Positions 28,899 through 37,812 of a stretch of DNA of 39,412 bases are shown here, piece after piece. The notes beneath the pieces are model-generated. The model had not been told where the DNA came from. It made no database searches and saw only the letters and a list, made by a program, of their open reading frames with translations. The position numbers and the translations under genes are program-made. Numbering within the stretch: position 1 is the stretch's first letter; each line of letters starts with the position of its first letter. The DNA is from Thiobacillus sp. (GTDB lineage Bacteria > Pseudomonadota > Gammaproteobacteria > Burkholderiales > Thiobacillaceae), in assembly GCA_049283775.1 (NCBI GenBank), contig JBAPWR010000042.1, positions 1 to 39,412 on the forward strand, given 5' to 3'.

Positions 28899-29341
28899 GC
28901 GCCGAGCAGCGCAATCAGATCCGCCACGTTTTCAGCCTGCAGCATGCGCCCGCGCATCGCCTCGTCACCGAACAATTGGGCGAGTTCGCCGAGAATCTGC
29001 AGGTGCACCTCGTTGGCGTCCTTGGGGACGAGCAGGATGAAGCACAGGGATACCGGCTGGTTGTCGGGAGCGTCGAATTCCAGCGGTGTTTTCAGGCGGT
29101 AGAAGGCACCGCAGGCTTCGCTGAGACCCTTGATGCGGCCGTGCGGGATGGCGATGCCGTAACCCAGCGCGGTCGACCCCAGGCGTTCGCGCTCGAACAG
29201 GCTGGTGAAGACCTCCGTCGACTTGAGGTCGCGGGTCTTGGCAAACAGTTCGGCGGCATGCTCGAACAGTTTCTTCTTGCTGGTGAAGGTGACGTCCAGC
29301 AGGGTGGTTTCAGGGGTGATCAGGGGGGCTATATGGTTCAT
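28886..29341 (-). CDS. ptsN: PTS IIA(Ntr) nitrogen-regulatory protein
   Basis: SKKKLFE, RERLGSTALGYGIAIPHGR, FDAPD; located in the rpoN operon. Confidence 0.92.
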   Translation of the reverse strand: MNHIAPLITPETTLLDVTFTSKKKLFEHAAELFAKTRDLKSTEVFTSLFERERLGSTALGYGIAIPHGRIKGLSEACGAFYRLKTPLEFDAPDNQPVSLCFILLVPKDANEVHLQILGELAQLFGDEAMRGRMLQAENVADLIALLGAWTS

Positions 29342-29426
29342 GCCGGCTCGCGGTGCCGTTACGGGTGGGTCGACACGGCGGGATTATACGCCCGGGAGAA
29401 TGAAATCTCCCCCGGTGCGTGGAGGG

Positions 29427-29762
29427 TCATGCGGGGCTTTCGGTCGGCTGGCGCTTGAGGCCGCCCTGGCCCTGGTGGACATCGGAAGTTTTTTCCTTGT
29501 GCTTGACGATCTGGCGGTCGAGTTTGTCGGCCAGCAGATCGATGGCGGCGTACATGTTTCCGTCTTCGCAATGCGCGTGGAAGTCATGACCCTTGACGTG
29601 CAGGGTCGCCTCCACTTTGTGCACGAGTTTTTCTACCTGCATGATGACGGACACATTGATGACATGGTCGAAATGGCGCTTGACGCGATCGAGCTTGGCA
29701 GAGATGTAGTCGCGGATCGCGGGCGTTATCTCCAGATGATGACCGGAAATCGTCAGATTCAT
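29427..29762 (-). CDS. hpf: Ribosome hibernation promoting factor
   Basis: MNLTISGHHLEIT...MYAAIDLLADKLDRQ; directly downstream of rpoN. Confidence 0.93.
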   Translation of the reverse strand: MNLTISGHHLEITPAIRDYISAKLDRVKRHFDHVINVSVIMQVEKLVHKVEATLHVKGHDFHAHCEDGNMYAAIDLLADKLDRQIVKHKEKTSDVHQGQGGLKRQPTESPA

Positions 29763-29841
29763 ACAGCCTCCTTGTTACGCTGGGTAGAGTCGGGAACCGT
29801 CGTGCGGCTCCGCTTTGATGGGCGTTTCAACGCCCGGGTTC

Positions 29842-29870
29842 ATTGTGGAACCAAAGCCTGTCACATTCAA
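29842..29870 (-). promoter_or_regulatory. Candidate internal promoter for hpf
   Basis: TTGAAT-N17-CACAAT in the rpoN-hpf spacer, followed by a GGGCGT/ACGCCC hairpin. Confidence 0.3.
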
Positions 29871-29913
29871 GTAATGAAACTACTGCAGGAGTGGGATTGC
29901 GGGTAGCGCGGGC

Positions 29914-31344
29914 TCACATTGCCCGGCGCATGTTGGCAGGTGGAATCTGCAGGGTCTCGCGGTATTTCGCGACGGTGCGGCGTGCGACGACGATGCCCTG
30001 CTGTCCCAGGACTTCGGCCAGTTGTCCGTCGGACAACGGCTTCTTGACGTTTTCTGCGGCAACCAGTTGCTTGATCAGGGCGCGGATCGCGGTCGAGGAG
30101 CAGGCGCCGCCGTTGTCGGTCGAGACATGGCTGCCGAAGAAGTACTTGAGTTCGTAGAGGCCGCGCGGGGTCATCATGAACTTCTGCGTGGTGACCCGTG
30201 AAATGGTCGATTCGTGGAGTTCCACTGCATCGGCGATCTCGCGCAGCACCAGCGGACGCATCGCCACTTCGCCATGTTCGAAGAAATGCTTCTGGCGGTC
30301 GACGATCGCCTGCGAAACCCGCAGGATGGTGTCGAAGCGCTGCTGCACGTTCTTGATCAGCCAGCGCGCCTCCTGCAGCTGGCTGGCCAGCTGGTTGCCG
30401 CCCTGTTCGCGATGGCGCGACAGGATGTCGGCGTAAAGACGGTTGATGCGCAGCTTGGGCATCGCCTCCTGGTTGAGGCTGGCGATCCACATCCCCTTGA
30501 CTTTTCTGACGTAGACGTCGGGTACCACGTAGTGGGTCTCGTCCGCCCCGAATGCCGAGCCGGGCCGGGGGTTGAGGCTGAGGATCAGGGTGCGCGCGGT
30601 GCGCAGGGCCTGGTCGTCGATGTTGAGGATCTTCTTCAGTTTGCCGACGTCGCGCGCCGCCAGCAGGTCCAGGTGTCCCGTGGTCAGACGCAGCGCGTCA
30701 TCCCGCCCGGGAACGTTGGCGGGCAGGGCGCGCAGCTGCAGGCTGAGGCATTCAGCCAGGTTGCGTGCGCCGACTCCGGTCGGGTCCATGTTCTGCAGGT
30801 GCTTGAGCGCGGTCTCGACTTCTTCCGGCTCGAGCTCCTCGAGTTCGTCAGCCAGACTGGCGTGGATGTCGTCGAGGCTTTGCGTCAGGTAGCCGTCCTC
30901 GTCGAGATCGTCGATCAGCGCGGCCACCAGGGTGCGATCGCGCTCGGAAAGCGGTGTGACGATCAGCTGGTTGAGGAGATGCTCGCGCAGGGTCGAGCCG
31001 CTGACGGCGCCCTGCTGGAAATCACTTTCATCCTCGTCGCCCGAGCCACTGCTGTAGTCGTTCCAGTCGGTCTCGTCGAGGCTGGCCGTATGCTCGCTTT
31101 CAGTTGCCCTCTCGGGGGCAGTATTGTCGCTCTCGGCTGGTGCGGATTCGGTGCTGGCGGGCGATTCGCCAGGCTGGAAGTTGGCTTCATCATCCTCGCG
31201 TTCGAGCAGCGGATTGTCCTGGAGCATCTGCTCCAGTTCCTGGTTGAGCTCCAGCGTGGACAGCTGCAGCAATCGGATCGACTGCTGCAGCTGGGGGGTC
31301 AACGTGAGGTGTTGTCCGAGCTTGAGTTGAAGGCTGTGTTTCAT
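29914..31344 (-). CDS. rpoN: RNA polymerase sigma-54 factor
   Basis: [14 protein letters not shown] region I, HESTISR and [11 protein letters not shown]poN box. Confidence 0.98.
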   Translation of the reverse strand: MKHSLQLKLGQHLTLTPQLQQSIRLLQLSTLELNQELEQMLQDNPLLEREDDEANFQPGESPASTESAPAESDNTAPERATESEHTASLDETDWNDYSSGSGDEDESDFQQGAVSGSTLREHLLNQLIVTPLSERDRTLVAALIDDLDEDGYLTQSLDDIHASLADELEELEPEEVETALKHLQNMDPTGVGARNLAECLSLQLRALPANVPGRDDALRLTTGHLDLLAARDVGKLKKILNIDDQALRTARTLILSLNPRPGSAFGADETHYVVPDVYVRKVKGMWIASLNQEAMPKLRINRLYADILSRHREQGGNQLASQLQEARWLIKNVQQRFDTILRVSQAIVDRQKHFFEHGEVAMRPLVLREIADAVELHESTISRVTTQKFMMTPRGLYELKYFFGSHVSTDNGGACSSTAIRALIKQLVAAENVKKPLSDGQLAEVLGQQGIVVARRTVAKYRETLQIPPANMRRAM

Positions 31345-31358
31345 GGTGAAAGACTACG

Positions 31359-31373
31359 GCAAAAATCGTGCCG
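31359..31373 (-). promoter_or_regulatory. Sigma54 binding site immediately upstream of rpoN
   Basis: CGGCACGATTTTTGC with GG-N10-GC spacing, 14 nt before the ATG. Confidence 0.65.
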
Positions 31374-31415
31374 ACTTGAGCAAAGTCTAGCGCGATTCGG
31401 CCGTGGCTGTCAGGA

Positions 31416-32138
31416 CTACAGGCGGAAATTTTCGCCCAGGTAGACCTTGCGGGCGTTGTCGTCCTGAATGATCATTTCCGGCGTGCCGGCGGTCAGCACC
31501 CGTCCGTCGTTGATGATGTAGGCGCGGTTGCAGATGCCCAGGGTTTCGCGCACGTTGTGATCGGTGATGAGCACGCCGATGTCGCGTTCGATCAGGAAAT
31601 GAACCAGTTTCTGGATGTCGAGCACGGCAATCGGGTCGACGCCGGCGAAGGGTTCGTCGAGGAGGATGAAGCGCGGGTTGATGGCGAGCGCCCGGGCGAT
31701 TTCGACGCGCCGCCGCTCGCCCCCCGACAGGCTGGTCGCCGACGCATTGCGCAGATGACCGATGTGCAGGTCCTGCAGCAGATTGCTGAGGTGTTCCTGG
31801 CGTTCTTCCGCCGAGTAGGGTTTCAGTTCGAGGATGGACAGGATGTTTTCCTCGACGCTGAGCTTGCGGAAAATCGAGGGTTCCTGCGGCAGATAGGACA
31901 AACCCAGGCGCGCGCGCTGGTGGATGGCCATGTGGGTGAGGTCGTGGCTGTCGAGATGCACCGCACCGCCATCCGCCGCCACCAGCCCGATCACCATATA
32001 GAAGCAGGTGGTCTTGCCGGCGCCGTTCGGTCCCAGCAGGCCGACCACTTCGCCGCTGTTGACCTCGAACGAGACATCGTGGACGACGGTGCGCTGGCCG
32101 TAGGTCTTGCGCAGGGACTGGGCGTTGATCTGGCTCAT
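31416..32138 (-). CDS. lptB: LPS export ABC transporter ATPase
   Basis: [40 protein letters not shown]. Confidence 0.96.
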   Translation of the reverse strand: MSQINAQSLRKTYGQRTVVHDVSFEVNSGEVVGLLGPNGAGKTTCFYMVIGLVAADGGAVHLDSHDLTHMAIHQRARLGLSYLPQEPSIFRKLSVEENILSILELKPYSAEERQEHLSNLLQDLHIGHLRNASATSLSGGERRRVEIARALAINPRFILLDEPFAGVDPIAVLDIQKLVHFLIERDIGVLITDHNVRETLGICNRAYIINDGRVLTAGTPEMIIQDDNARKVYLGENFRL

Positions 32139-32683
32139 GGTGCGGGTTGCTCTGCGGCAGGCTGCTGCGTCTTGGGACGCGGACGGATTACGGCGCGAAC
32201 CCTGCCCGCCGGCGCTTGCGCATCGGCCTGTCCGCTGACCTTGTAAAACTCGGTGTTGGCGTTATAGGAGATCTTCGCTCCGCGCAATTCGTCCTGGCCA
32301 CGACGCAGTCGCGCCTCTCCCGTGAGTTCGAGCTGGCCGGTGGCGCTGTTGAAGTCGATGCGCTGGGCAAAGCCCTCGATGTAATCCTCGCTGCCGTCCT
32401 GCTTCTGGCGGAACGAGACCGGACGACCGCTCGCCTGCACGGTTTGCAGTTCCCCCTGCGCGTCCTGTTTTACTTCGACGCGGTCGGCACGCAGCATCAT
32501 CGTGCCCTGGCTGAGGACGACATTGCCCTGATAGACGCTGATTTTCTTGAGATCGTCGAGGGTGACGCTGTCGGCCTCGAGGTTGATGGGTTTGTCACGG
32601 TCGGCCTTTTCGGCGTGCGCCGGCGCAATCAGTGACAAGGTCCAGAGCAGGACAAACAGCAGCTTACTTGTTCGCATGGTCAT
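32135..32683 (-). CDS. lptA: LPS transport periplasmic protein
   Basis: Signal peptide; [14 protein letters not shown]...QG, GRVRAVI; lies between lptC and lptB. Confidence 0.93.
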   Translation of the reverse strand: MTMRTSKLLFVLLWTLSLIAPAHAEKADRDKPINLEADSVTLDDLKKISVYQGNVVLSQGTMMLRADRVEVKQDAQGELQTVQASGRPVSFRQKQDGSEDYIEGFAQRIDFNSATGQLELTGEARLRRGQDELRGAKISYNANTEFYKVSGQADAQAPAGRVRAVIRPRPKTQQPAAEQPAP

Positions 32684-33236
32684 AGCGGGCCTTCACCCGG
32701 CCAGTCAGTTTGATGACGCGCGTGTTGGCGTCGTAATCCATCGCGCCGGCACGCGCAACCATCAGGTTGTCGCTGATTTCGACCGCCCCGGGTGAACTCA
32801 GGCGATCCTGCTCCAGGTAGATCTTCAGGTGGGCGGTTTTCAGCATCATGTCGGCCATCTCCGAAGTGGCAGCGCGAATGATCCGGACGTTGCCGCGCAG
32901 ATCGACCTCCTTGCCGTCGGTGGAGACCGTGGCACTGTCCGACATGGCACGAAGCTCGCTGCCCTGATAGCCAAGATGGACGAACTGCGGATTCTCCATT
33001 TCGGTCAGACTGCTGCCCGAATAATGTCGGAGTTTGCTTGCGCTGAGCTGGTACTGCGGATTGCCCTCGGCATCGGTGCGGACGGCTTCGAAATTCTCGA
33101 CGATGCTCTCGGGCTCGGCACGCCCACCCTGCACTCCGTTTGTCGGCAGCCTGACCATGCTCTCGATCCAGAAGGAAAGGCCGGCAAGCACCAGCAGAAT
33201 GACGAGAGGAAGCCAGGCTGAACTGCGCGAGATCAT
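32664..33236 (-). CDS. lptC: LPS export protein LptC
   Basis: Single N-terminal TM followed by beta-jellyroll-like sequence; conserved position in kdsC-lptCAB. Confidence 0.9.
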   Translation of the reverse strand: MISRSSAWLPLVILLVLAGLSFWIESMVRLPTNGVQGGRAEPESIVENFEAVRTDAEGNPQYQLSASKLRHYSGSSLTEMENPQFVHLGYQGSELRAMSDSATVSTDGKEVDLRGNVRIIRAATSEMADMMLKTAHLKIYLEQDRLSSPGAVEISDNLMVARAGAMDYDANTRVIKLTGRVKARYDHANK

Positions 33237-33247
33237 CTAGCAACAAA

Positions 33248-33775
33248 TCATCTCAGATAGGGAGCCAGCGCAGCATCAAGCGTTCCCTGCGCGCGCATGA
33301 TGGCTTCGCATGCTTCCCGCACGGCACCGCGTCCGGCTTGGCGTACGGTGATGTAGTGGCTGTAGGCCTTGACCAGATCCGGTGCTGCCGGGACCGTGAT
33401 GGCCAGTCCAGAACGCCGCATTACCGGCAGGTCGACGACGTCATCGCCCATGTAGGCGGTATCCTCGCAGGCGATGTTCAGTTCCTTGCAGAGGGCTTCG
33501 TAGACTGCCAGCTTGTCGTGGGCGCCCTGGTGGAGGATGTCTATGCCAAGGTTCTTGGCGCGATGCTCGACCACGCGCGAAGTGCGCCCGGTGATGATGG
33601 CGAGCTGGACTCCCGTGCCCTTGAGCATTTTCAGGCCATGTCCATCGAGCGAGTTGAAACCCTTGTATTCCTGGCCGTCATCGCCGAAAAACAGGGTGCC
33701 GTCGGTCATGATCCCGTCGATATCGAAGGCGACGAGCTTGATCCGGCGGGCGCGGGCGATAGCGTCCTGGTTCAT
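33248..33775 (-). CDS. kdsC: KDO 8-phosphate phosphatase
   Basis: FDIDGIMTDG, DGHG, AIITGR, GDDVVD, GAVRE. Confidence 0.95.
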   Translation of the reverse strand: MNQDAIARARRIKLVAFDIDGIMTDGTLFFGDDGQEYKGFNSLDGHGLKMLKGTGVQLAIITGRTSRVVEHRAKNLGIDILHQGAHDKLAVYEALCKELNIACEDTAYMGDDVVDLPVMRRSGLAITVPAAPDLVKAYSHYITVRQAGRGAVREACEAIMRAQGTLDAALAPYLR

Positions 33776-34761
33776 CACACTACTCCCGCCTTCAGCAGGT
33801 CATGCATGTTCAGGGCACCGACCAGGGTGTCCTCCGGGCCCACCACCAGAAGACCGTTGATTTTGAGCGTATCCATTTTTTCCACTGCTGCGACGGCCAG
33901 TTCATCCGGGCCGATGGTTTTTGGGTTGGGGGACATGAGGCTGGAAACCCGTGCCTGATGCAGGTCGAGCTCGCGTTCCAGGGCGCGCCGCAGGTCGCCG
34001 TCGGTGAATATGCCGGCAACCCTGCCGTTCTCGTCGACGACCGCGGTCATGCCCAGACCCTTGCGGGTCATCTCCAGCAGGGCCGCCTTCAGCGGCGCAT
34101 CGAGGCCGATGCGCGGCAGGGCCTCGCCGCTGTGCATGACGTCGCGCACATGCACCAGCAGACGACGTCCGAGGCTGCCGCCGGGATGGGTCCGAGCGAA
34201 GTCATCGGCAGAGAAGCCGCGCGCATCCAGCAGCGCCACCGCCAGGGCGTCGCCCAGCGCCAGGGCCGCCGTGGTGCTGGCGGTTGGGGCGAGGTTGAGC
34301 GGGCAGGCTTCCTTGTCGACCGCGGCATTGAGGTGGACGTCGGCTTCGCGCGCCAGGGTCGAGGCCGGGTTGCCGGTCATCGAAATCAGCTTGGCGCCGC
34401 GGCGCTTGATCAGCGGAACGATGGTGACGATCTCGGCGCTTTCACCGGAATTCGACAATGCCAGCACGACGTCGTCAGGCGCAATCATGCCGAGGTCGCC
34501 ATGACTGGCCTCTCCGGGGTGCATGAAAAACGCCGGCGTGCCGGTGGAAGCGAGGGTGGCGGCAATCTTGTGGCCGATGTGGCCGGATTTGCCCATGCCC
34601 GATACGACCACGCGGCCACGACATGCCAGCATCAGCTGGACCGCGTCGGCAAAACGCTCGTCGAGGCGCAGCGAAAGATTGCGCACCGCATCGGCTTCGG
34701 TGTCGAGCACCTGGCGAGCCAAGCGGAGTAAATGTTGCGGCGGGGTGTGGGGGGCATTCAT
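33775..34761 (-). CDS. kdsD: Arabinose-5-phosphate isomerase (KpsF/GutQ family)
   Basis: GMGKSGHIG, HPGEASHGDLG, SNSGES, PTASTT, HPGG and two CBS domains. Confidence 0.95.
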   Translation of the reverse strand: MNAPHTPPQHLLRLARQVLDTEADAVRNLSLRLDERFADAVQLMLACRGRVVVSGMGKSGHIGHKIAATLASTGTPAFFMHPGEASHGDLGMIAPDDVVLALSNSGESAEIVTIVPLIKRRGAKLISMTGNPASTLAREADVHLNAAVDKEACPLNLAPTASTTAALALGDALAVALLDARGFSADDFARTHPGGSLGRRLLVHVRDVMHSGEALPRIGLDAPLKAALLEMTRKGLGMTAVVDENGRVAGIFTDGDLRRALERELDLHQARVSSLMSPNPKTIGPDELAVAAVEKMDTLKINGLLVVGPEDTLVGALNMHDLLKAGVV

Positions 34762-34808
34762 GGCGGCAAGTATACTAAGGAACGTCTTCCAATACCCCCG
34801 TCCTTCAT

Positions 34809-36779
34809 ATGCACAGCAGCCTCGAGCTGGCTTTGATCCTTCTGGCGGCCGCCGTACTGGTGGCTGCCGTGACACGCGCCTTGCACCTGCCAACGATGCT
34901 TGGCTACCTGCTGACCGGTATTGCGATCGGACCGTACGCGCTCGGCTGGATTCCCGACAGCGAGGAGGCCCGCTATCTTGCCGAGTTCGGCGTGGTGTTC
35001 CTGATGTTTTCCATCGGCCTCGAATTCAGCCTGCCGCGCCTGATGACCATGCGCATGACGGTGTTCGGCTTCGGTGGCGCGCAGGTCGTGCTCACCATCC
35101 TGATTACCGCGCTGATCGCATGGCTGCTGGATTTGCCGCTGCTGGCGGCGATTGCACTGGGCGGCATCATGTCGATGTCGTCGACTGCGATCGTGTCGAA
35201 AATGCTGGCGGAACGTCTGGAAATCCAGACCCCGCACGGACGGCAGATATTCGGCGCGCTGCTGTTCCAGGATCTGGCGGTGGTGCCGCTGCTGATCCTG
35301 ATCCCGGCGTTTGCCAAGGATGCCGACGACATGGGCTTCGTGCTCGGATTGGCGATGTTCAAGGCGGTGCTGGTGCTGGGTTTCCTGCTGTTTTTCGGGC
35401 AACGCATCATGCGTCCCTGGTTCCAGTGGGTGGCGAGCCGCAAGTCTCCCGAGATCTTCACCCTGAATCTGCTCCTGTTCACGCTCGGACTGGCGTTCCT
35501 GACCGAGAGCGCCGGTTTGTCGCTGGCGCTGGGCGCCTTCCTCGCCGGCATGCTGGTGTCGGAAACCGAGTATCGCTACCAGGTCGAGGATGACATCAAG
35601 CCCTTCCGCGATGTGCTGCTGGGACTGTTCTTCGTCACCATCGGCATGCGTCTCGATCTGGGCCAGGTCATCGTCAACTGGCTGGATGTGCTGCTGATGC
35701 TGCTGGCGATCGTCGTCGGCAAGGGCCTGCTGGTGGCCGGGCTGGCGAGACTTTTCGGCAGCGTTCGTGCCACATCGGTGCGCACTGCGCTGGGCCTGGC
35801 GCAGGCAGGCGAGTTCGGGTTCGTGCTTCTGGCCGTGGCCTACGATCTCAAATTGCTGGGTGCGGATATCGCCCAGCCGGTGCTGGCTTCTATGGTTTTG
35901 TCGATGCTGGTCGCACCGCTGATCATAAATAACATGGACAAGCTGACCGGACTGCTGGCGGGTAGCGAGTGGGCGGGGCGCGCCAAGGAGGTCCACGACA
36001 TCGCGGTCAAGACTTTCGGCAAGAGCAAGCACGTGATCATCTGCGGTTATGGTCGCAGCGGGCAGAATCTGGCGCGCTTGCTCGAGGCCGAGGGCATCAG
36101 CTTCGTCGCGCTGGAGGCCGACCCGGAACGGATCCGTGCCGTCTCTGCTCTTGGGGTGTCGGTCGTCTATGGCGACGCCAGCCGGCGCGAAGTGCTGATG
36201 GCGGCGGGGCTGTCGCGTGCCCAGGCGGTGGTGGTGACCTACGCTGACCTCCATTCCAGCATGGCGATCTTGCGCCACGTGCGCGAACTGCGGCCCGAGT
36301 TGCCGGTGGTGGTTCGCACCATCGACGACACCCATATCGACAAGCTCAAGGAAGCCGGCGCGGCAGAAGTGGTGTCCGAAGTGATGGAAGGCTCGCTGAT
36401 GCTTGCCTCCCAGGCGATGATGCTGGTCGGGGTGCCGTTCACCCAGGTGCTCAAGCGTATCCGCGAGGTGCGCGAGTCACGCTACGCGATGATGCGCGGG
36501 TTTTTTCATGGCGCATCCGACGTCGATGATGTGCTTGATCACGCCACGCATTCACGCCTCAATACCATCCTGGTTTCGCAGGGATCTGCGGCCATCGGAC
36601 GAACCCTGGAGGCCCTGGACCTGGACGAACTGCTGGTGGAAGTGGTGGCGATCCGCCGTCAGGGCGGCAAGAGCCTGGAGCCGCAACCGGAAACCGAGAT
36701 TCAGGTCGGCGACGTGCTGGTGCTGCGTGGTGCCGCAGATGGGCTGGCGGCCGCGGAGATCAGACTGCTGCAGGGTTAG
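34809..36779 (+). CDS. CPA2-family monovalent cation:proton antiporter with TrkA-N and TrkA-C domains (Kef/YbaL-like)
   Basis: AEFGVVFLMFSIGLE, LLFQD, LGAFLAG, GEFGFV, ICGYGRSG and a C-terminal TrkA-C-like segment. Confidence 0.93.
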   Translation: MHSSLELALILLAAAVLVAAVTRALHLPTMLGYLLTGIAIGPYALGWIPDSEEARYLAEFGVVFLMFSIGLEFSLPRLMTMRMTVFGFGGAQVVLTILITALIAWLLDLPLLAAIALGGIMSMSSTAIVSKMLAERLEIQTPHGRQIFGALLFQDLAVVPLLILIPAFAKDADDMGFVLGLAMFKAVLVLGFLLFFGQRIMRPWFQWVASRKSPEIFTLNLLLFTLGLAFLTESAGLSLALGAFLAGMLVSETEYRYQVEDDIKPFRDVLLGLFFVTIGMRLDLGQVIVNWLDVLLMLLAIVVGKGLLVAGLARLFGSVRATSVRTALGLAQAGEFGFVLLAVAYDLKLLGADIAQPVLASMVLSMLVAPLIINNMDKLTGLLAGSEWAGRAKEVHDIAVKTFGKSKHVIICGYGRSGQNLARLLEAEGISFVALEADPERIRAVSALGVSVVYGDASRREVLMAAGLSRAQAVVVTYADLHSSMAILRHVRELRPELPVVVRTIDDTHIDKLKEAGAAEVVSEVMEGSLMLASQAMMLVGVPFTQVLKRIREVRESRYAMMRGFFHGASDVDDVLDHATHSRLNTILVSQGSAAIGRTLEALDLDELLVEVVAIRRQGGKSLEPQPETEIQVGDVLVLRGAADGLAAAEIRLLQG

Positions 36780-36809
36780 GCACCTTGCAATTCCGCGGGG
36801 TGCGTACAT

Positions 36810-36838
36810 AAAAAAGCCCGCCGGACCAGGCGGGCTTT
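36810..36838 (-). terminator. Intrinsic terminator between convergent genes, possibly bidirectional
   Basis: Stem AAAGCCCGCC/GGCGGGCTTT with a 6-nt loop; A6 on the plus strand gives a U-tract for the pilin transcript. Confidence 0.85.
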
Positions 36839-36856
36839 GATTGCGAAGCGTGACGC

Positions 36857-37540
36857 TCAGACCCCCATGCAGACCGTATAGGAAGTGGCGTCGTCGATCG
36901 CTGCTGTGGCGGTGGCGGCGGCGCCTTGGCTGTAACCGGTCGTTGGCGTAGCCATCATTGATCCTGCAGCGGTGTCGCTGTCATCCATCTGGATGTCCAG
37001 TTGCTTGACGAATTTGCCGAGGATGCCAGTTGAGCAAATGATGTAGGCGCCGCTGATGGCATTGCCGTCCGCCCCGACGATGGGCGCAGTCACGAGGTCT
37101 GTCGTGCCGCTCTGGATCCCGACGATGCCGCCGGACGCATTGGTGGGCATGAAATCACCCGGGAGCGGGTTAGGAATGGTGGTGATCCCGGGCGCCAGCC
37201 CGGCAAGTCTGACGTGCTGCCAGAACAGAATGGTTTCGCTTGTTGCCGTCGTGCTATTCCAAAGCCCGTCGATTACGCCGTTGCCGTCGCCCGATGCCGG
37301 GGTGATGGCTGTCGTGCCCACATGCGCGTTTGCCGAGGGATCGTCGCCGGGGAGTGTTCTGAACTTGTCCTGATAGCCGTAGATGAACAGCGGAATGTTG
37401 CGAAAATCGGTTGCAAGGTTCTTCACGCGGGCGCTGTTGATCAACTCCTGACCCTTGAGGATGCCGCCGAGCAGGAGACCGATGATGACCAGTACAATGG
37501 CGATCTCGATCAGGGTGAAGCCGGATTGGCGCTGAGGCAT
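36857..37540 (-). CDS. Type IV pilin-like protein (prepilin cleavage/methylation motif)
   Basis: MPQRQSG|FTLIEIAIVLVIIGLLLGGIL with Glu at +5; two C-terminal Cys. Confidence 0.92.
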   Translation of the reverse strand: MPQRQSGFTLIEIAIVLVIIGLLLGGILKGQELINSARVKNLATDFRNIPLFIYGYQDKFRTLPGDDPSANAHVGTTAITPASGDGNGVIDGLWNSTTATSETILFWQHVRLAGLAPGITTIPNPLPGDFMPTNASGGIVGIQSGTTDLVTAPIVGADGNAISGAYIICSTGILGKFVKQLDIQMDDSDTAAGSMMATPTTGYSQGAAATATAAIDDATSYTVCMGV

Positions 37541-37579
37541 GATGGAATGCTCCGAAAAAAGTTAGCCTGCAGTCTGCAA

Positions 37580-37595
37580 TGCAAAAGATGTGCCA
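37580..37595 (-). promoter_or_regulatory. Sigma54 promoter of the pilin gene
   Basis: TGGCACATCTTTTGCA is a perfect TGGCAC-N5-TTGCA match, about 40 nt before the ATG. Confidence 0.85.
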
Positions 37596-37610
37596 AATTT
37601 AAACGGACAA

Positions 37611-37623
37611 TAAGTTGCTGATT
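37611..37623 (-). promoter_or_regulatory. IHF binding site
   Basis: AATCAGCAACTTA fits WATCAR-N4-TTR; 15 nt upstream of the sigma54 site in an AT-rich context. Confidence 0.6.
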
Positions 37624-37812
37624 TCGAAACGGAAAAAAGATGCCCTGATGTCCGGGTGGCGGAATTTCTGATGAAAACATGACGGCCCCGCCAGGATTCC
37701 GACAAATTTTGATCCGAGGCATGCGGTCCGCAGTCTTGATTTCCATGACGTAATGCCGATAGCAACTCCATGCGGATCTTCTCTTACTTCTATTGCCTCC
37801 ACCTCTCGCGTC

